Source of the DNA: Antedon mediterranea
Lineage: Eukaryota; Animalia; Echinodermata
Assembly: GCF_964355755.1 (NCBI RefSeq)
Contig: NC_092677.1
Location: 13,414,101-13,478,100, forward strand
DNA: 64,000 bases
Direction: 5' to 3'
Part shown: positions 26,283 through 40,446 of the stretch, piece after piece
Position numbering within the stretch: the stretch's first letter is position 1
Layout of the letters: each line of letters begins with the position of its first letter
Made by a program: the position numbers and the translations under genes
Notes under the pieces: generated by a model
Databases searched by the model: none
What the model was told of the DNA's origin: nothing
Seen by the model: the letters and a program-made list of their open reading frames with translations, nothing else

Positions 26283-26699
26283 AAATAGGCCTACAGTATT
26301 TATGCAAATGCAAACGTTTATGTTGATTTTAGAGAATACGTTGAATTGCTCTTTTGTTGAGAACAGTCAGTGGACAATTTTAATTTTAATCTATATGTAA
26401 AGCGATCAAGAGTTAACAAGCCGTTTTTGACCGATATTTTTTTTACATTGTTAGGTCTACCCTACTGTTTTTTGGCCAAACGAATAAAATAAGATAACTG
26501 GCTAAATTTAAAATCTATAATTCATTTTCATTTAAGTTGTCATTCTGTCAACAAAAGGACAACTGCAGATTTGACTAGTGTTTAGACTGTTTAGTTAATT
26601 ATAACCATAACTTTATTTTGGCGCGTAAAAATATATGATACTACAGAATTGTACCACTTTTCAATTAACTCGACTTTATCGTTATAGTATCAATGTAAT

Positions 26700-26907
26700 T
26701 TTTACCTTTTCCTGAAAATACAATTTTGTAATTTCCATTCTCTTCTACAATTCCTAAAAATAGATCCATATAGCAAAAATATGCATAACAAAGACAAGAC
26801 GCCATAATAGTCAAACGACTGTTGTGACCTGATCGATCCATACAGTGGTTGTTATAGAGGGGCAAGACGCATCTATTTTTTAGTTTCTTCAGTATAAAAG
26901 GTAAAAG
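26700..26907 (+). promoter_or_regulatory. Orphan promoter / first-exon module (no type-A exon follows)
   Basis: Homologous to 5183-5363, ending aaaag|gtaag at 26907. Confidence 0.6.
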
Positions 26908-29311
26908 GTAAGAATTATTATAATTACGTAAATATCAGTTAGGGGGGAAATGGCAAAATCAGCACTGTGGTTATGTTACAAGAGTTGTCAATAGATTATC
27001 TGATAAAACTCATAGAAAGTAGGACGCCTTTTGCCATTTTCCCCTAAACTGACATAGTACGGTACAAAGGATAGCAATTACCATTCGCCTTAATTATTAT
27101 ATTATAAAAATATAAAGAGTGAAAAACACGACAGCCTTCAGTACAGTTACTTATGCATATCAATATTTTCAACATAATCATAATAATCTGTGGTTTCTGA
27201 GTAAATGCATCGTTTCTGGTAATTGGTACGACATTGAACAATTGAATTATAGGCGTGACAGGCCTACGGTTAGACGGATTAAACCACTGACAATATTGTT
27301 TGTGGATAAAACGTAAGGGGACAAAAAGCCACCCTCGGTGTAGGCCCAATTACATTTTTTCAATTTATTCATGATCACAATTGATTTCACACGCGTATTT
27401 GTTGGTATGTAAGTAGGTTTGCGAATACCGAGAGTATTATTATCATTTAGCGAAACATGGCTGACGCCTAAAATGGAGCGATTAGAATTAAAGAATCAGT
27501 AACAGTTAAAAAATACCACAAATAATAAATTATTTATTGTATGTTTGCGGCTCTTTTACCATAATTTTTAAAAGTCAAAAAGATCAGAACATAATGAAAT
27601 TTGGAATTGGCATATAGACGCAGTGGCGGATCTAGCGGGGGGCGTATGGGGCGTACGCCCCCCCTATTTTTTAAAGATTTTTTTTTTGTGAAAAAAATTA
27701 AATAGATGTTAAAAACACGTATCGTTTCGACGGTCATCAATCACCGATGGTTTGCACATTTTCATAGAGAAAATAGTACTTCGGAGCACATCGTCAGCTT
27801 GATCGCATTCCACCAAGCATGTACGTCGACATCCTTTGTGTAGCCTACTATCAATCTCTAGCGTTACCAACGATCATTCACAGTTAAGTGTAAAAGGAGC
27901 AAGATGATAAAAGCCACGTGGTGAGCTTGGTCGCGTTCCACTAAGCAGGTCGGCATCCTTTGTGATCGTCACTCCCGTATTGTAGAGTAGCGGTACCTCC
28001 ATCGATCAGTAGAGTTGATGAAGCCACATGGTCAGTGCTACTATACTACGCGCCCATTTATTAAGTACAATAAAAACAAAGGCTAGGACTCAGGGGCGGT
28101 CGCAGGACTATTTTAAGATAGTTGCCCAAAGAGTCTATAAGGCGGTGTAGACACTGAATATTTGAGCCACAGGCGAAGCAAATTGTTAAAAGACACCCCC
28201 TAGATGGCCGCAAATTGTACTCTCGCACGTAAAATTCATGATAAATTGCACCTCTAGTTCGCCGGAAATGTCACTCATAGCGCTAGCAAACAGAGGATTG
28301 TAGCCAATAACATACGCGACTAACAATATAGGATAACGTCACGGGGAAGTCCCCGTAAATTAGTAAATTACCAATGGTTTATTCAAATTCAACACTGTAA
28401 CTAATCCCTCGCTATTCAATTAAAATTGTATTATTACTACTATATTGTTGAAAATGGATTGCGTGATATGAAAATGAATTGATAGTAAAACGTAACAAAG
28501 ATACGTTCATGTCTGGTTATTAGGTATTCATGCTCTGATGAAGCGGAGGATTAATTTTGTAGAGTTCCATTTAAAATAAATTTTGTTACAAAGAAATATT
28601 TTGGTTGTGGAGGTCGTTAAATTCGCTGGCGCCAGCATTACTTCTTTTACCAATTTTAACAATTAAGCTAACAACAAAACTCTGTAACTACTTTAAGCCT
28701 ATCAAGATCCGGTTCTTGCAAAGAACTATACATTCATTTCAATATTCCAATATTCATTTCGTAGCAACAACTGCGCACCTCTCTTTGACGTCAACTTTAA
28801 TATCACGATCACATGCCGCTATTGACTTTGGCCGTGACGTTACAAAAGCTGTTCCACAGTTAGTGCAGGTCTTTCTGTACTGTAGACAATAGGATATTAC
28901 TGAAGTCTATATTTATTCACTCAAAATTACACAGATACTATTTTAGAAAAACACACAGGATTCTCGATATAAATGTATATATTACCAATACCTTACTTGT
29001 TATAGACCTTTTGAAGAAATTGTATTATTTGCTGCCAATCATTGAGTTCATTAAAACACACACACTTACAAACACTATCAAAATCCAGGCACAATACCAA
29101 AACAAGAGACACTTTTTTTTGACACAAGAATCATAAAGATGAACGCACTATAACAACAGCATGTTATAGACAGGCTACTATAAAATACTATCAAACAATC
29201 ATATGACAAACACATTAACACATCCAAGAGAGAGGGCAGTCAATACGAGTACTAACTCACTTGCCTCCTGATTTACGTAAAGGTAAGAAATTACAAAACA
29301 CGGTACTACCT

Positions 29312-30240
29312 ATAAAACTTTTTGCAGACGACACCAAGTTGTATAGAGTGGTCAATAACATTGATGATGCGGATTTATTTCAAAGAGACATTGACAGTGC
29401 TTCCCATTGGTCTAATGTTTGGCAATTGCCTTTTAATGACATTAAGTGTAAGGTATTTCATTATGGTCGTGATAATCCCAATTTCTTGTATTCAATGGCT
29501 GGTAATTTACTACATGAGGTAAAGCAGGAGAAAGATCTAGGTGTTACCTTTGATCCTAGTTTAATCTTTAATTTGCATGTAGCGGATATTTGTAAAAGAG
29601 CTAATAAGAAACTAGGAATGATTTATAGGTCTTTTAAATTCTTGAATAAAGATGGATTTTTGAAGCTGTATAAGTCTATTGTCAGGCCAACGCTTGAATA
29701 TTGTAACACTCTTTATAATCCTATTAGAAAACGAGATCAGGATGAAATAGAGAAGGTCCAGCAAAGAGCAACAAGATTGATTCCTAGGTACCGTAATATT
29801 CCTTATGAACAACGTTTGAGAATTCTTGGTCTTCCTACCATGAGATATCGAAGGCAGAGAGCAGATATTATCCAAGTTTTTAGGATTGTTAAAGGTTTCG
29901 ATCGTATTTCGATCAACACATTTTTTGAATTTGATCTAGAATCTCGGGCCCGTGGACACCCATATAAACTCAAGTTTAAAAGCTCTCGTCTTAATATTAG
30001 GAGGGACACGTTCTCCAGGAGAGTTATTCTCTTATGGAATGCTCTGCCTACGGATGTAGTTTCATGTGCTACGGTGAACTTGTTCAAAGCAAAACTTAAC
30101 GTCGCATGGTCTAACCACCCGCTGAAGTTTTCACCCTATATAGAATATGATTTTATTGCTAAGAGGGGCTTTTAAGCACTGAGTGCTTCGCCTCGATCCC
30201 GTAGACGAAAGTGTACGGGAAACAAGTAAACAAGTAAACA
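29312..30240 (+). mobile_element. 5'-truncated CR1-type LINE (RT C-terminal half, open to stop at 30175)
   Basis: LFADDTKLY, EKDLGV, LYKSIVRPTLEY, IEKVQQRATRLIP, RGHPYKL, WNALP motifs; 3' stem-loop cccgta..tacggg followed by an (AAACAAGT)n tail. Confidence 0.9.
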
Positions 30241-30293
30241 TTTTTCATATATACAGCAACACAATAGCGATAAGACGGAAGTTGCCTTAATTA

Positions 30294-30509
30294 AGCCTGT
30301 TTCCTGTCGACGTTATTATTCGACGCTATCGTCCGTCGTCGTCGTTGATCGTTAACAGTTCAACGACGATCGTTTGAAAACGATCAAGTTGAAATGATAA
30401 CGATACCGAGTACCTTTTTCTGTAAATCGTTAACATTTCAATGTTTACGTAGAAGATCGCCGATTATTGTTAACGATAGCGTCGAAAAGCGTCGACAGGA
30501 AAACAGGCT
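30294..30509. mobile_element. MITE, PIF/Harbinger (Tourist)-like
   Basis: TIR agcctgtttcctgtcgacg / cgtcgacaggaaaacaggct with TTA on both flanks; internally quasi-palindromic. Confidence 0.75.
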
Positions 30510-31308
30510 TTAAGATACCGGAATTACTTGTATGCAATTGACACGCAGTAATTTGAAGGCAATTCCGTTTGAATCGTGTTTGTAGTTTGTTGACGCTCGC
30601 GTGTTGTGTTTAAAATGTTACTTGTAATACTAATTGCAGATTCATTTGGACCTTCCCATAATGCATTGGTGCGTGGAGTTTCATTCATCATTATATCATA
30701 CTGTATTGCTATACAGTAGTCTTTTTTTTGTTATCACGTGACATACAATTTCCAGAATTCATTTTCATTTATCCACTATATAAACTGTACAACCACGGAC
30801 ACTCCAGAAAAGAAAATATGATCGAAATTTGCAGAAAGAAGCAATTATTATTATAAAACACTATTTCAAAGTTCGGAACGTTCGTAATTTTTACGGAAAT
30901 TCGCCCAACTATTACGGACGTAGAGAAATGAAGACACATAGGGGCTAGGGTACTACGAATGATGGGAATCCCCGGCAAAATGTAATGATTATGGCTAAAT
31001 CAACGACCCGTGTGACGGGGGTTTACCACGATCACAGTGTGTAGTGGCACTTCTCACGCACACAAGCAATCCAAACAGACGGTCAACAAACACAACAAAA
31101 ACGCTAGTTTTCCAACCCTGAACTTCTATAACGTTAATGATTAACATAAATATATGATGAAATGGGATATAAATTTTAATTTAGTGGCAGAAAAAATATT
31201 TAATATGAAATTAAAGGTGTCGCCCCTACTGTATAGTCAAGTGCCTATGAAAATTATCCCGTTAGGCCTACATTTTATTAAAACGTATTACTATTAAAAT
31301 ATTAACAA

Positions 31309-32662
31309 CTAGATGGTCGTGCCCACAGATGGTTCTCGAATACACACGGTAATTTCAGGGTAAAAAAACTGGCGATTTCAAATGCACGTACCGCAGGACT
31401 ATAATACATTGTCGTTTACAGAAACGAATAAGTAGACACAATTATTTATGTAGTCAACCAAAATTAGCACCCTGAGAATTACTTCTGAAAGAGAAACTTA
31501 CCACAAAATGAGTCCAAATTGTTTATTCATTTAAAGAAACCCAATTAGGGTTGAGGGATGGGAAAGAGGATAGGGGGAAAGAGGTTAGGTACAAAGAGGA
31601 ACAATTTTTAAATGTATTCTTTATCCACATCAGTAACGAAATATTGTTTTCATTTTTTATAGGCCTATAAATAATATACCACTAACGGTGACTAAATAAA
31701 AATAGTAAAACATTTGCGATTTAATACTTTGTTAAAACTGTCACTGTCATAGTCGATTGAAATAGTAAAGTACATGAAACGATACAACACTACGACGTTT
31801 ATATTTTTTGTAATTATTAATTAATGCAAACGTTGAGAAGCAACTGTCAGTAATAAAGTTTATTTGTATATTACGTGTTTATATATCTAACAGTAGAGCC
31901 TATCCACAATCACAATAATAAAGTTTATTTGTATATATTTTTTTTACATCTAACAGTATTCACAGTAAGAAATGTTTGTATATATTTTTTTACATCTAAC
32001 AGTATTCACAGTAAGAAATGTTTGTGTATATTTTTTTACATCTAACAGTATTCACAGTAAGAAATGTTCGATTGAAATGACGACCAAAAATGGTTAATAG
32101 GTATTTGCAATACTGTATTGTCAAAGTATTGCAAGTTTATTCTCCAAGGGCTCATAAATTTACCAACTTGTGTTAAACCAAACTGGCAGACTGAGAGATT
32201 GGAATGTTCCATTCATCGCAAATCAATACATTTGTAAAAACGTATATATTAAATCTATCAAAATAGTATTTTTTAAGAAAATCGGCCTGTCTTCAACATT
32301 ATGATGCTGTACTCGAGCTGTTCAACCGGTTTTCAGCTATTAAAAACAATTATCGTAGGAAGAGATAGGAAAATGCGAAGCGTCCTCGTATTATTTTGTG
32401 CGGGTATTTTTCAAGTTGGACATCCATTAGACAGTGTATACCACGATCGGAAAACACCCCTATTTGGGGCAAATCGTTGAACCTAAATTCGTTTTAATCG
32501 TCAATAACTAATTATCTAACTCAAATTAATTAGTAAACAGGATTATATTTGGTGGTTAAAATCAGTGCCGAACATATACCAACTTTATATACCATCGAGT
32601 AAAAATTTTAGAAGTAAGGCGCGATTTACCGAATTGTGCCCTTACGTAAATTTATATATAGA
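31309..32662 (-). mobile_element. Non-autonomous Helitron-like element, copy 2
   Basis: Reverse complement of 3434 to about 4705; A|TC start and CTAG|T end on the minus strand. Confidence 0.85.
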
Positions 32663-34611
32663 TGCTGCAGCATTTCATGACCCTTGTTGTTTTATTTGTT
32701 TTCCCGTCGATGATTCTCATAAACAAATCGCGATGACAAAAGAGGTGTTTTGTTTTTTTCAAATCACTAAATATAATGTAATGATGATCGAGCCGGACCG
32801 CTAATTTTTAAACGATCGTTTAAAAATCGTTGAATCGTTGAATATGCCGTGATTTTAATTGTCAAAAACATGATGTCAGTCGATGGCTCGGAGTTTCGAT
32901 AAATCTCGCGTCGCATGTGTTGCGTGGTGGTGGAAAACACTCTCAGCAAGTTTGCTTCATTAATATGAGACTCTGTGACGACCCACTTTAACGTGACGTC
33001 ATTTTACTTTAGCTGCATGCGATCGAAGAAGTAGTCGTCACCGCGATCGACCCGGCGCGCGTGTAAGAAAATAATACCGGCGGCCTAGGCTAGGACAAGT
33101 TTATAAAAGCTGAAAAACATCGTCGCGTTGTAAAAATGTAGATGTAAAGTACAGGCAAGTTGTTAGCTTGCTTTTGGTACTCTAGGTAAGTATCAGCTGC
33201 ATGTTCCACATGTCGTAATTTGCGAGCTTTAGAGTGTTTGGTAAATGACATTATGAGATGTTTGTAAATCGTTTTAAACGACTTACAATGCGCTAGAACG
33301 CCAAAATTTCCAGGGGCCCTCGGCCCCTGGACCCCCACCGGGGTCCCTTAGCGGCCCCCTGGCCCCCAGCCAATGTTTGCTCACTTCGATCGCAAAGCTA
33401 CGCCACCCCTATTTCAATATCCTGGATCCGCCCCTGTAGACGAAACAGATGTAACGAAGATTGATACATGATTTAGAATTTAAAAACATCATAAAAAAAA
33501 ATATCAAAGAATTCATTGCAATGTTGAAGAAATTGAAACTTCCATCCGCTGCAGGATCGTTTGAATAATTAATTAATTATGCAAATTGTCTGATAGTCTA
33601 CTAATCCTGGGATTGAATAATACAACGAAAGGCCTTTATTATGACCCAGGACTAAAGACGACTGCTTATTGGATGCTCCATAAAAAAGTACCAATCTATG
33701 TAGTAATTCAATTCAATTCAACTTTTAATCGTAATAATCATAAAACCTGAGATTAAGATTTATTTTGAACTTCATGAAATACAAATCTTTTGTAAGTAAC
33801 ATCCGAACAAAATAATAATGTGTTTGTGATCTTTATGATAATAGTTTATTTGGAATTCCTTATCGCTTTTACAATACTGCACCTAAAAATAGTTTGTACA
33901 AATACAATATGTAAATACAAAATGTAGATTGTTATTCTAAGCGAAATAAATTGACACTTTTAGTATAGATAATAGTTATGATTTCAGAGAAAATCTTAGA
34001 CATGATAACAAAGAACCAATATTTATAACCATGTTTTATTTGAATATGAAATGAAAAATAAATTTAATGCTCATCAACTTTACGAAATGTATTCAAAACC
34101 TGGAAAGGTGAGTCACTGATATTCCCTAGTCAAACAAACTATTAACCTGCTATATATATATTGTATCTACTTGTATTGTTTTTCTAATAACGAAACGATA
34201 ACAATAATAACGAAGATAAAATAGACGATATAGATTATGTTGTTGGGCTTAATAAAAACCTGATGTTGGTATAATAATTGTATGAATTGATTGATGAAAA
34301 CGATTACTATAGTTTGCTGTTGATGAGAACAGTGTGGGGCGAATCATTGGGCGTTCTCGGCAATTTACCCGTATCTTTCAATATACAGGAAATCATCGAA
34401 CAATTGACTAATCAATTTAAATCATTGGATTTAGGCTAGTATTCTCCCAAATAATTTCCAAACAGGGCAAAAAATCATCTACAAATCCGTAGACAAAAGT
34501 GATTTTTCCATAATAACGTTGGAAAAATTATAGTAAATCAATTACATTAATTTACTTCCTCAATAACATAGCATTATGAGATGGTTTTAATTGGAAACAT
34601 ATTCAAGTTTA

Positions 34612-34821
34612 ATTGACTTTGAATTTCCCGAAGAATATTAATAAAATTTTGGAATTTCCATTTCATTCATTTCTAAATAGAGATTCAATAATAATAATAA
34701 TGATTAGGCCGAACGCGATCACCAGATCTTTCCATCAGACGCTATTCAATCTACTCTTACGAGTGTGAAAGACGCATTTTTAAAACTATTTTTTTTTGTA
34801 ATTAAGGAGGAAAAGTTAAAG
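34612..34821 (+). promoter_or_regulatory. Promoter / non-coding first-exon module of DED gene 2
   Basis: tgaatttccc, ggaatttcca, then gtggaaagacgc-like block and aaag|gtaag at 34821; diverged homolog of the other modules. Confidence 0.55.
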
Positions 34822-35125
34822 GTAAGAATATTTGTATAACATGTCATATATTAGGTAGGTCTGTTATTAAACAAATCAATAATTACCAAATATTTATTTG
34901 TTCATTTTTGAATTCAAAAGCCGAAATGACGTCACTGTATTTCTAGTTGCTATCCCAGGTAGGCCAGTATTCATAATATAATATAATAATAATATTCCAT
35001 GTATCCATAATCAATGATAAGTAATTAAGTTTGACTGAATATACCTGCCTATAATCATTCATGAACAATGTATTGCTAGAGTGAAATGAAGAAGTAAACT
35101 TAATTCTAAAATAACGCTTACTTAA

Positions 35126-35669
35126 AGATGTATTGTCCCTTTGACTAATTCCCAAACATTTTTTTTTTTTTAATTTCGAAAAAAAGTGGGTCATTTTGAA
35201 GTATCATAATAGTTATTAACTTTCACCAAAAATTATTAAAAAAAAAAATAATTTAACCGAAATACAGATGTTTTTTTGTTCAAAAAATAACTTTGACTTC
35301 CAGTCAAAGTTTTCAATCAAAACATATCCCATAATGCAATGCGCTTGTTTGGCTACTCTGTATGCATAATCATAAAACTTCCTTGCGATCTGTGTGAAAA
35401 CACCTTCTCAACCGTGATGAGTTGTAAACAATCCTAATTAGCATCATGCATAATGCATACTCATGGTTTGAAATCTTTGTTTACTTTCGCTTGCAACGAT
35501 TTCTCAGACGAAATGTAATCTAATTAATTTACCTGTTAATTACGTAAACTGTTGTTTTTGGCTCGAATTTTCGACTTAAAGTGAATAACTTTAATATTAC
35601 TTTGATATGGCCAATTTAAATTTAGAATAATTTTTTTTCATTTTTTGTGTTTCAAGGGACAATACATCT
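35126..35669. mobile_element. MITE with TTAA TSD (Kolobok-like AG..CT ends) in the putative intron 1 of gene 2
   Basis: ttaa|agatgtattgtccctt ... aagggacaatacatct|ttaa. Confidence 0.8.
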
Positions 35670-36219
35670 TTAATGGGACGCTCTAGCGTTTGAGCTTGGT
35701 GTGCACAGACTCCCACAATTCAAATGAAAACACCAGACCTGACTCTCTCGAACATAAAGTTAAATTTATAAAACACATGTAATGACTTTTTGAATTAATG
35801 TAGGCCTACTGTAACACCAAACGTTTCACAATTGTTGAGGACATTGATGGGCGTCTTAATTTAGGCTACCAAACTTTAGAACAGAAATGAAAACAAGAAC
35901 GCATTGTACAAAAATGCTTGTTAATAAGTTTTATACAAACTTGCAAAGGCAGACGCCATTGTAAATACATATATAATTAGGCCTACACATTAAATTTGAT
36001 TTAATTTTATCGTGATAAATAATACCATATAATAGTATTATTATTATTAATACTATATCCTTTAATAAAGCTTGATGATATTACGTTGAAAAGGGTAACA
36101 TAACGTATGATTTTACCAACTAATAAAAAAATGTATTGGACCAGTGGTTATTATATTCATTTTGTAAATTGAAACGACAGTCTTAATTAAGAAAATAGAA
36201 TTTCTTTTTCAGTAACATA

Positions 36220-36745
36220 ATGGATGGATTGAGAAACTTTTGTCAAGAATTCAGTAATGCTTATCCTGGTGATACTGTAAAGAAGTTGAGATTTCTTCTG
36301 CATGAGCACCTACCAGTTGGTGAATTATCACAGAAAGGCTATACAGGAATGAGTTTATTTAATGACCTTAAAAGTAAAGGCCTTATCGCATACAATGATA
36401 TTAACCTTATGACAGAAATTGCAGACGTAACAAAAAATGGTGATGCAAAAGCCAGTGTGAAGAAGTACAAAGAAAGCGTTGGTGAACAATATGATGATAG
36501 CTGCCCATGCGAAGCAGGTTTGTCTTTACAGCGTAAAACACTTTATGAAGCTATGACTGCAATCACAGAAAATGACAGGGGTGATTTGCACAATTTGATT
36601 GAGTTCTACGGATTAAAAGCACTCGGGTTTACAAATAAATGGGATTTGGTATTTCATTTGGAAAAAGAACTCGAATTGAACACCCAGGCGAAATTGGCGG
36701 TATTTGCCGGAAAGTTGCACAAAGGACCAAAAACCATATTACTGG
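36220..36745 (+). CDS. DED gene 2, exon type A (tandem DED-like pair)
   Basis: ttttcag|taacataATG; donor CTG G|gtatgt; paralog of 23365-23890, same 526-nt length. Confidence 0.85.
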
Positions 36746-36893
36746 GTATGTATTAAAAAATGATCCCTCTTTTAAATGTTACACGTTTAATATTACACCA
36801 TTTCCATCATCTTCAGCAGACTAATCTTAAATAACCAATTCTGTGCTTCGCTTTGGCCTTCCCAGATTAGAAGTTTTTATTTTTATTGTACAG

Positions 36894-36944
36894 GTGAAGA
36901 AGACCAGGGAACAAGTGGAGGATTACCTGCAGCTAATGTTGGTG
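36894..36944 (+). CDS. DED gene 2 linker micro-exon 1 (GEEDQGTSGGLPAANVG)
   Basis: tacag|GT..GGT G|gtatgt; 51 nt, phase 1-1. Confidence 0.7.
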
Positions 36945-37273
36945 GTATGTTAGGTCTTCTATTAGATTAGTCCAACATTGTCTCATTTTTATTAATTGAA
37001 ACATGCATACATACACAAGCATTTTAAATTGACACTTTAGTTTATGGAAATAATTGGCTTATACATCATTAAGTTTGACTTAAGAATAACAGGGCCTTTA
37101 GGCATTATATTTTCTTACTGGTAGGCTACAAGTACTGCACTACGGTAGCATTTAAAAAAAAAAAACTTAGAAAGGTATTGAATGTCATCTATGTGTTTGA
37201 TTAAATAACCTAAGCATAATATTTTTACTTTACTCTCTATAATTACATTAAATAATACATTGTAATTTTACAG

Positions 37274-37327
37274 TTAGTCAAGCTGCAGCACTACCTGAAA
37301 GACCACCACTGACGCATTTAAATATTG
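37274..37327 (+). CDS. DED gene 2 linker micro-exon 2 (VSQAAALPERPPLTHLNI)
   Basis: tacag|TT..ATT G|gtaagt; 54 nt; conserved copy at 42866-42919. Confidence 0.8.
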
Positions 37328-37677
37328 GTAAGTACTACTGTATATACTTTGGATGCCATGAAAGTATGAACAATTAAAACATGTATTTAAGCATGGAGAA
37401 ACCAGATTTGAGTGATGATGTGTACCGTATTTAAAGACCCAAAGTAGGTTTAAAGTAAAGTTAACCGGTCGGGCCCACGCAAGATTTGATAAGGCAGGTA
37501 ATGGTGGAATGTACAAGCATCGGGAAACCGCCGATTCTAGCACGGTGAGAGAAAATATCATCATTTTTGGTGAGCAAAATTCCATTCAGCCGACTTAACC
37601 GCAAACGTTCACATTCACCATATTATTCAATGCCATAAGTTATCCTTATTAAAGAGAATAAAATGCTTTTTTTAAAG

Positions 37678-38228
37678 ATCTTAATGAAGAAACTTTCCTG
37701 GAGCTTCTTGAAGACTTGTCCGAATGGTTAAAAGTTGATGGAAATGTCTACCTGTTAAAATTACTACTTGCCGATTTTAGCGAAATTGCTGTAGGAGACA
37801 TAGAGGAAACAAAGGAACCATACGATCTATTTAGATTGCTCAATACTGCTGGACGTATCAGCGGAAAAAACGTTGATGTAATCATTGAAGCCTTCAGTTT
37901 GTGTGGATGGTATGGTGCTGCGGATGTGATAAAGCAAAAGATACCAAAATTCGATGGATTCGTTAGGGACATGAAAATAACTAAATTCTCTCAACTTAGA
38001 CAAAATTTAATCCCATTTGGTCGCATGCTAGGCCTTAGTAAGATGAAAAAAATATGCCATTGGTATAAAATTGCTGTTAATCAAGTTGAAGATCGATGGG
38101 ACCTCTTGTCCGAACTTGAAAACAGGGATCTACTTACAAATGTAAAATTCATTAATAAACTTGAAAATAATAAGATGACGAAAGAAGCGAGTGTGCTGAA
38201 GAAAGGCCTCAACCTAAAGGTTAAGTAA
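37678..38228 (+). CDS. DED gene 2 terminal exon type C (tandem DED-like pair); spliced CDS 526+51+54+551=1182 nt, 393 aa
   Basis: ttttaaag|AT CTT AAT GAA; F.ELLEDLS..L, LKLLL, P.DLF..L...G.IS..NV, FSQLRQ, WDLL.ELE are DED-like patterns; paralog of 43565-44220. Confidence 0.8.
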
Positions 38229-39196
38229 ATAAATGTATGTACATACAATGTTTACCCATCAATAAACATTCGATTGCTGTACATAGTTATGCCCATAGTT
38301 CATAGTAGGTTAAAGTGGTAATATTGCTTGCTTGCAGCGATGTTTGGTAAATGTTACCGTATAAAGTCCATTTTATAGAACAGTAGTATTATGTCATTAG
38401 GAAGAAAGATTGGGTGGCTTAAGTATATTAGAAAATAAGTAATTGCTTTGTTACAGATTTCATAAATGATGATTAATTTTGATTTATGTATAGGGATACA
38501 TTAACACAATATATATATTGATAAGTTAGATAAATAATTAAATGTGTGTATTATAAGGTTTATATAACGTTTGTTTTATTGTAGTATAATATTTCACTAG
38601 TATATATTAATTATAGTTACAGTTTGAAGGCATAAACATATACCATTTGTATAGTAAAGAGACTATATAACCTAATTCCTTAGTTCAACACAGACGAGAT
38701 AGCATGATTGTATAGGTACATGTACACTATTAAGATATGCCGATAATTTAGCGAAGCTATTCATCATTACAGCTGTTCTGTAGAACAGTCAAACGTAAAA
38801 TAATGATTTCTTGTTATAAACAAAATTGCATCACTGTTCCAAACCAAATTAAGTACGTTCACGCATTTTTTTGTTTAAAAATACCTTTTTAATGTTTTTA
38901 TTCTGGGTACCCGAGTCTAGGACTCTCTCATCTTCTCCTCCTCTTCCATCTGGACACCATTGAGCCACCTTTCAAGTCCGTAACTAGTCAGCGGTTGCGC
39001 CAGTATCTTCCCGACGCGGGGGCTACATTACCCGACGAGGGGGCTATGCGAGCATCACTAGGCTGGGGGCCAGGGCCGCCAAGGGGGCAGGGGACGCCAA
39101 GAGCCCCTGGTGGGGGACCAGGGGGCGAAGAATTAATAGAATTTCCTTTCTATTATATATTATGAAAGCAATTCCAGTACCGTACGGTATGCGCTT

Positions 39197-39292
39197 AACT
39201 TTACAAAATATTATGCTTTACAAAGGAAGATTATAAAAAAATTAAAAACACTATCATTTCCAGAAGTAAGGACAACTTCAGCAGTTACAGAC
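39197..39292 (+). pseudogene. Degenerate type-B DED exon fragment (possible 3' end resumes at about 40400-40446)
   Basis: ttatgctttacaaaggaagat..actatcatttccagaagtaagg..aacttcagcagttacagac matches about 24800-24888; ggaattgttggaataa at about 40431-40446 matches the exon end. Confidence 0.65.
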
Positions 39293-39480
39293 TACTGTAT
39301 AACGCAATTTTTTGCGGACGGAGTAGAAGATGTAGATGATGATAAATTATCTCCAAGTTTTTAATTCGAGAAAATAAATTTAAACGTGAATACGTCGATA
39401 CTCATTGCAATGAAACCGACTATCGTCCTTTTGGACCGTCTTTATTTTGTACATTATAGGCCTACTATTAATCAGAAAGG

Positions 39481-40317
39481 AAAACAAGGCCAACAGCCAT
39501 TAAGTCGCGTGCTACAATGCATAGTGATACCGGACCGACAGACAAACAGACCGGACAGACAGACAGACCGACAGACAGACGGACCGACCGACATAGTGAA
39601 CTATACTGACCGAAATTACTGAACATGTTTAAAAATGTTGAAATGTTTAAAAACATTTATATTTTTTTAATTTACACGTGCGTGGCCTGTCACCTTTGAC
39701 GTGCTCGTATAACGTAATTTCGAGTTGAAAAGTAAGTTAAGAAAACAGAAATCGGGCAAGAAGAGTGCGCAATAACATTTAACGCGCAGTGCGCGCGCAA
39801 AAATCTGCGCACTCATGGCAATTTTGTAAACGCTTAAAATTGCCTGAAACGTACTCTTATTTCATCGAAAATAAATTTTGAAAATTTTAAGCGCGCTTAC
39901 GCATGCGTTACATGCGCTACGCACGTAATTGTATTGCCATATGATGATTTATGCCCTGAAATTTATGAGTACCAAATTTTATTTAATTGTGATTCATGGT
40001 TGTTAAGATATGATTACAAACGTGATTTCGTTAAATCGTGCGTAGACCGCGTAATTTTTTATTGCGCACCGTGAAAACATAACCACATCGATTCCTGGCC
40101 ATAAGGAATATTCTGTGAAAAATTGACTTAGCTAGATTAAACTGATATCAAGATAAGGTCATAAAGCGATAAAACGCATAGTGATACCGGACCGACAGAC
40201 AGACAGACAGACAGACCGACAGACAGACCGACAGACAGACCGACAGACAGACAGACAGACAGACAGACCGACCGACCGACATAGTGAACTATAGAGTCGC
40301 TTCCAAGCGACTAAAAA
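39481..40317 (-). mobile_element. Helentron/DINE-1(HINE)-like non-autonomous element
   Basis: Duplicated core gcatagtgataccggacc(gaca)n..gacatagtgaactata with (GACA/GACC)n microsatellite; terminal hairpin agtcgctt-cc-aagcgact next to an A run. Confidence 0.55.
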
Positions 40318-40446
40318 TACTCAGAATGCGTGGTATACACACGTTAATAATTTGTCAGTTTGTGATTTCAATGGGTGTCCCTTTTCAATTCTTTTACTAT
40401 TTGTTCAACCTTCCAAACGTTAAGCGGCGCGGAATTGTTGGAATAA

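Larger units (their letters stand above)
27621..33436. mobile_element. hAT-like non-autonomous DNA element carrying nested insertions
   Basis: Imperfect 15-bp TIRs cagtggcggatctag / ctggatccgcccctg; flanking direct repeat TAGACG (27615-27620, 33437-33442); GC-rich subterminal tracts; host relic is continuous across it. Confidence 0.75.
27581..33568 (+). pseudogene. Degenerate type-B DED exon relic split by the 27621-33436 insertion (pieces 27581-27620 and 33437-33568)
   Basis: cagaacataatgaaatttggaa before the insertion and gatgtaacgaagattgat..atgatttagaattt..ttgaagaaattgaaacttcc..gaataa after it match about 24885-25106. Confidence 0.7.

Noticed and set aside
25759-28892. Assorted short ORFs (60-101 aa) in AT-rich or TE sequence
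   Set aside because: No recognisable motifs, no paralogy and no splice context.
3434-32662. A single ~29-kb transposon with 1.3-kb terminal inverted repeats
   Set aside because: Each repeat has its own Helitron termini (TC..CTAG in an AT target), there is no TSD, and copy 2 is nested in another element.
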